A DNA stretch of 64,000 bases from Marinicella sp. Its GTDB lineage: Bacteria; Pseudomonadota; Gammaproteobacteria; Xanthomonadales; Marinicellaceae. Below are positions 60,419 through 64,000 of the stretch, one piece after another. The stretch is taken from assembly GCA_965230295.1 (NCBI GenBank), contig OZ246001.1:2464001-2528000 (forward strand). Direction: 5' to 3'. The first letter of the stretch is position 1. Every line of letters begins with the position of its first letter. Position numbers and translations under genes: made by a program. Below the pieces are notes generated by a model, which had not been told where the DNA came from, searched no databases, and saw only the letters and a list, made by a program, of their open reading frames with translations.

Positions 60419-62443
60419 TCAATCAAAGTTGTCAGCAAAAATCAAATCAGTACATTGAGCGATTTGTTCAGGGTTGACGGTGATGTGAAAGGCCGAGTTG
60501 GGTAGCATGTCACTTAAATCCTGGTTGTAGATGGACCATTGACCTGCCTCATAATAAACACCTATGGGCGCATTATTAAAGACTCCCTGGTCTGCACTTT
60601 GGGTGACTTGCAGTTCAGCACAAGCAACACCATTGATCAACGGGTTATCAATATAAGTCACCTGACTAAAGGTGTTGGCAGGAGATGCCACATGCCGCCA
60701 GGCACTTTTACTGGGCGCTTGGCTGTACACATTGAAGTTGCTGTTGACTGGCATGTTGCTTAAATCGAAATTGGCAATCAACCATGAACCGGAAAAATAC
60801 AACACGCCAAATGGATGTGGGTTATAGACACCAGTCCAGTGTTGAGTCACTTGAACTATGCGATCACTCTGATTATTTAAGCTGATATGATCAATGATGG
60901 TGTTGTTGATCCCGCCGGAAGTGGAAGTGTGCTCAAATGTGTTGTTGACAGTGCCATATTTGTGGACATTGAATGTTGCATTCGGTTCAAAACTGGTGGT
61001 CCCTTCATTGAATATTCGCCACAGGCCATTGAAATAATAAATGGCTTCATTCTCATTGTTATAGACACCTGAGCCGCCCGGAGGATTCCAGTTTGAAGTG
61101 ATGTGAAGGTCATTCAGACCGCTGTTACCATTGAGTACAGGGTTGTCCACAATGCTGATAAAACCACTGGTGTCAGTGACATGGTTGAAATACAGGTCAC
61201 CAGTTTCATAAGCACCCACATCTACTTGTTGTGCACCGACGCTGTCATTGCCTTTCTTAACCCGGACGGTTCCATCGGCATCTACATATGGTGAGGCACC
61301 CAAGGCCAATAAGGCCACAGAATTTCCGGCCTCAATAGCAGGAGAATCCGGTCTGAGGCGTGCATTTTGCAAGCCCATTATCATTGGGTTGGAGGTGATG
61401 TGATTGGGACCAGGGGTGAAGTCAGGGTCGGTAAATGGATTCATGTAAGACAAATTGTAGTCATTGGTGATGGCGGTTGCGCTGTCAGTATAAACGCCGG
61501 CGCTGCCAAATGCCATGAGGTTGTTGTACAGATAGACATCCAAGGTGCCGGTACCAGATTCGTCGAAATTAAAGGCATCAAAAGCACCGATTGAAGTGTT
61601 GTTAACGATGTCAATGTTGCTGGTTCCGGTATTGGCTTGAACAAAGACACCTCGGAAAGATTCGGTCACATTGGGGTTTCTATAAAATGCATTGTTGCCG
61701 ATATCCAGGTCAGTGAGACCGCTGCCGGTTCCGGTGCGATAAGAAAAAATTCCACTGGTGTTGCCACCCCAAATTTCGTTGCCTGCGATATCAAGGTTGA
61801 CTTCCGTATCCGTATAGCCAACGATGCCGATGCCGATAGAATCGGGGCCTGAAGTGACCACGTGGTTGTTGTACACCCGTCCGGTTGTGGTACCAGTCGA
61901 TGTGGTAGAAGCGTTGAACCCTGTCCTGACTCTGATGGCCCCTCTTTCATTGCTTGATGAAGTGGTGGTGGCGTAGGTGACTTGGTTGTAGTCTACGTTG
62001 ATGGTCAGAGTTTGACTTGATTGATTCAAAATTCTGATACTTTCGGAAGTAAAGGAATTGCCTAATATGGTGTTTCTTCTGACATTCAAGGAAGCGCCAG
62101 CAGTTGATCCAGATTGGTGGTTATAAGCAATCCGTCCTTGATTAAGGGTCAAGCCTTCGATGATGATGGTCCTGTTCGTTGACGCCACGTTTGTCATTTC
62201 TATGTGTCTGCCAGGGGCAAACTTAGGTTTATACCCATTGCCAGCTATCAAAGAGACTGGGTTAAAGGTGGTAATGGTTTCATCGATGGTGTTGCTGGTG
62301 TTGATGAAAATGGTCTCAAATGTCGGACTGCCTTCAACACAGGCTTGTAGCGTGGTGTTACATGGTGCTGCACCACCTGGCCAATTGGCAGCGTCAACCC
62401 ACTGAGGAAGCGTTATTGAGATTAATAAAATTAAGTATTTCAT
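60419..62443 (-). CDS. secreted beta-helix-like protein with three C-terminal repeats and a DLIFADNFD tail
   Basis: signal peptide, Asn-rich beta pattern, RL...SPAI.AG...D.GAYE motif, three (I/V)D(N/H)..(L/I)N repeats each followed by GV(Y/F)N and a conserved W. Confidence 0.8.
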   Translation of the reverse strand: MKYLILLISITLPQWVDAANWPGGAAPCNTTLQACVEGSPTFETIFINTSNTIDETITTFNPVSLIAGNGYKPKFAPGRHIEMTNVASTNRTIIIEGLTLNQGRIAYNHQSGSTAGASLNVRRNTILGNSFTSESIRILNQSSQTLTINVDYNQVTYATTTSSSNERGAIRVRTGFNASTTSTGTTTGRVYNNHVVTSGPDSIGIGIVGYTDTEVNLDIAGNEIWGGNTSGIFSYRTGTGSGLTDLDIGNNAFYRNPNVTESFRGVFVQANTGTSNIDIVNNTSIGAFDAFNFDESGTGTLDVYLYNNLMAFGSAGVYTDSATAITNDYNLSYMNPFTDPDFTPGPNHITSNPMIMGLQNARLRPDSPAIEAGNSVALLALGASPYVDADGTVRVKKGNDSVGAQQVDVGAYETGDLYFNHVTDTSGFISIVDNPVLNGNSGLNDLHITSNWNPPGGSGVYNNENEAIYYFNGLWRIFNEGTTSFEPNATFNVHKYGTVNNTFEHTSTSGGINNTIIDHISLNNQSDRIVQVTQHWTGVYNPHPFGVLYFSGSWLIANFDLSNMPVNSNFNVYSQAPSKSAWRHVASPANTFSQVTYIDNPLINGVACAELQVTQSADQGVFNNAPIGVYYEAGQWSIYNQDLSDMLPNSAFHITVNPEQIAQCTDLIFADNFD

Positions 62444-62552
62444 GATGTTCTCTTTAAATTTAAAATGATGTATTCATTACATTCGGTTTATCCACAAAAT
62501 ACATGACAACTGAAACTGAATTATTTTTCCAAGCCAATATCAGGAGCCAACA

Positions 62553-63959
62553 TTGAATAAGTATTTCAATGGTTTGTTGTTGGTATTCATGTGGTTGCTG
62601 GTGTGGATGTTTTCCCATGATTATGTCAGTCAGGGAATCAATGACCGCAATCAAACCAGAGCCGACTTGATAGCTGATAACCGCTTGAATTATCAATGGT
62701 CTTTTCAGGGCGATGAAGACATTGTCACCAGCTTCAGAGGTGATTGGAGTGTGACAAAACAAGGTGTTACCTCATTGGTTAAGCAACCAGAAATTTCGCT
62801 GTATATGAATGGCAACATCATTGACCCCAAATTACATGGGTTTTTACAGCTTGGCTTTGAAGAAATGCCGGCCTCTGGTACTTTCAAAATTGAAGTATCA
62901 GATCAACGCAAACGGCTGTTTTTTGATTCTCCCAACTTAGCCATGGAGTCGAAAGAACAAACATTGTCGCTGAGTGGATTGACATGGTACCCTAATGATT
63001 CCAGTTCATCCAATCATGCTCCTGTTGAAAAATCATGGCAGGAACTGGGGACACTGGATGCCCTGGTGATCAGATTTTACTTCGATGAGCCAGACAGGTT
63101 GACTTTGAAATCAGTTGGCATCAAACAAAACGCAGAAAATCCCACCCCTGGTCAACAACCGGTAGCCTGTGTCTCTTTGACCTCATCGACATGGGGATGC
63201 CATGTGAGTAACCACATGGTGTACTTAAATCAAAATAGACAACGCACAGATTTGACTCAACACTTGATCATCAACCCAGTCAGTGATTTGCCACCCATTT
63301 GGTGGTTACTGTTAGCAGCTGTTGTGGGTCTGATTTTGGCCGGTAATTTCAGGTCTAAAGAACAGGCTGGCACAGCTTATCGGTTTGGATTTGATGTTTT
63401 GGGATTGACGCTGACGGTTTTGGTTGTTGTCTGGTGTTTAAGTCAATCTTGGTTGTTGCCGATCGGTGATTACATCATGACCCTGATGGTTGTCATGTTT
63501 GTTGTCCTTTTCTTCGTGTACATTGACAGTTTTAAATGGCCCGCGCAATCAGCCGTTCCAGTCTGGTTAATCAGTCTGATATTGGGAGCCATCTTGTGGT
63601 TTGTGTCGGGCGAGTCGTTTGGTTATTTAAACCAATTCCCGTCATACTTCCTGTGGGCTTGTTTGCAGCAGTTGGTACTTGGTCCTGTTGTCAGTACATT
63701 TGTTTACCAAAGAACCGGGCAATCTAAGCTGGTGTCCGCATGTTATGTGGGTGTTTTATTTTCAATGATTCATGCACCCAACCATAGCTTGATGTTGGCA
63801 ACTTTGGTCTCAGGAATTGCCTGGTCATTCAGTTGGCTACATTTCAAAAATTTGTATGCCAACAGTTTTTCTCACGCCTTGTTGGCGCTGACTTTTTACC
63901 AAGCCATGCCCGTCATGTGGTTGGGTTCTGCTCGTGTTGGTGTATTTTTTATCAGTTGA
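62553..63959 (+). CDS. CPBP (CAAX/Abi)-family intramembrane protease-like protein with periplasmic domain
   Basis: multi-TM C-terminus with LQQ, FSMIHAPN and SHALL motifs. Confidence 0.75.
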   Translation: MNKYFNGLLLVFMWLLVWMFSHDYVSQGINDRNQTRADLIADNRLNYQWSFQGDEDIVTSFRGDWSVTKQGVTSLVKQPEISLYMNGNIIDPKLHGFLQLGFEEMPASGTFKIEVSDQRKRLFFDSPNLAMESKEQTLSLSGLTWYPNDSSSSNHAPVEKSWQELGTLDALVIRFYFDEPDRLTLKSVGIKQNAENPTPGQQPVACVSLTSSTWGCHVSNHMVYLNQNRQRTDLTQHLIINPVSDLPPIWWLLLAAVVGLILAGNFRSKEQAGTAYRFGFDVLGLTLTVLVVVWCLSQSWLLPIGDYIMTLMVVMFVVLFFVYIDSFKWPAQSAVPVWLISLILGAILWFVSGESFGYLNQFPSYFLWACLQQLVLGPVVSTFVYQRTGQSKLVSACYVGVLFSMIHAPNHSLMLATLVSGIAWSFSWLHFKNLYANSFSHALLALTFYQAMPVMWLGSARVGVFFIS

Positions 63960-64000
63960 TTCGATTCAATCGCGGAGCTTTTTCGCCATTTTGGCCATTC

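Overview
This is a 64-kb stretch of a gammaproteobacterial chromosome. Gene content and secreted-protein motifs suggest a marine Marinicella/Xanthomonadales-like lineage (inference, not tested). Housekeeping blocks include ggt-ferredoxin-coaD-rsmD / ftsY-mutY-yggX-tRNA-Phe, mnmC, tpx, pgsA with tRNA-Gly/Cys/Leu, mrcA and Maf. They alternate with signalling modules (hybrid kinase, spondin-linked two-component system, PdsR/PdsS-like pair, two ECF sigma factors, two Ser/Thr kinases) and several palindromic repeat families. The main accessory feature is an ~8.7-kb AT-rich element integrated at the 3' end of tRNA-Leu(TAA), 39868-48552, bounded by a 20-bp att duplication. It carries a P4-like integrase, AlpA, a small HTH/Zn-finger/SSB-like operon and a tandem pair of HEPN-like cargo genes, with no recognisable primase or structural genes. 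It also holds an unexplained ~590-bp non-coding array of 33-36-bp units with a higher-order 275-bp duplication. A second highlight is an unassigned, highly structured ~290-nt RNA candidate at 11541-11826. All protein family calls come from motif recognition by eye; no database searches were run.
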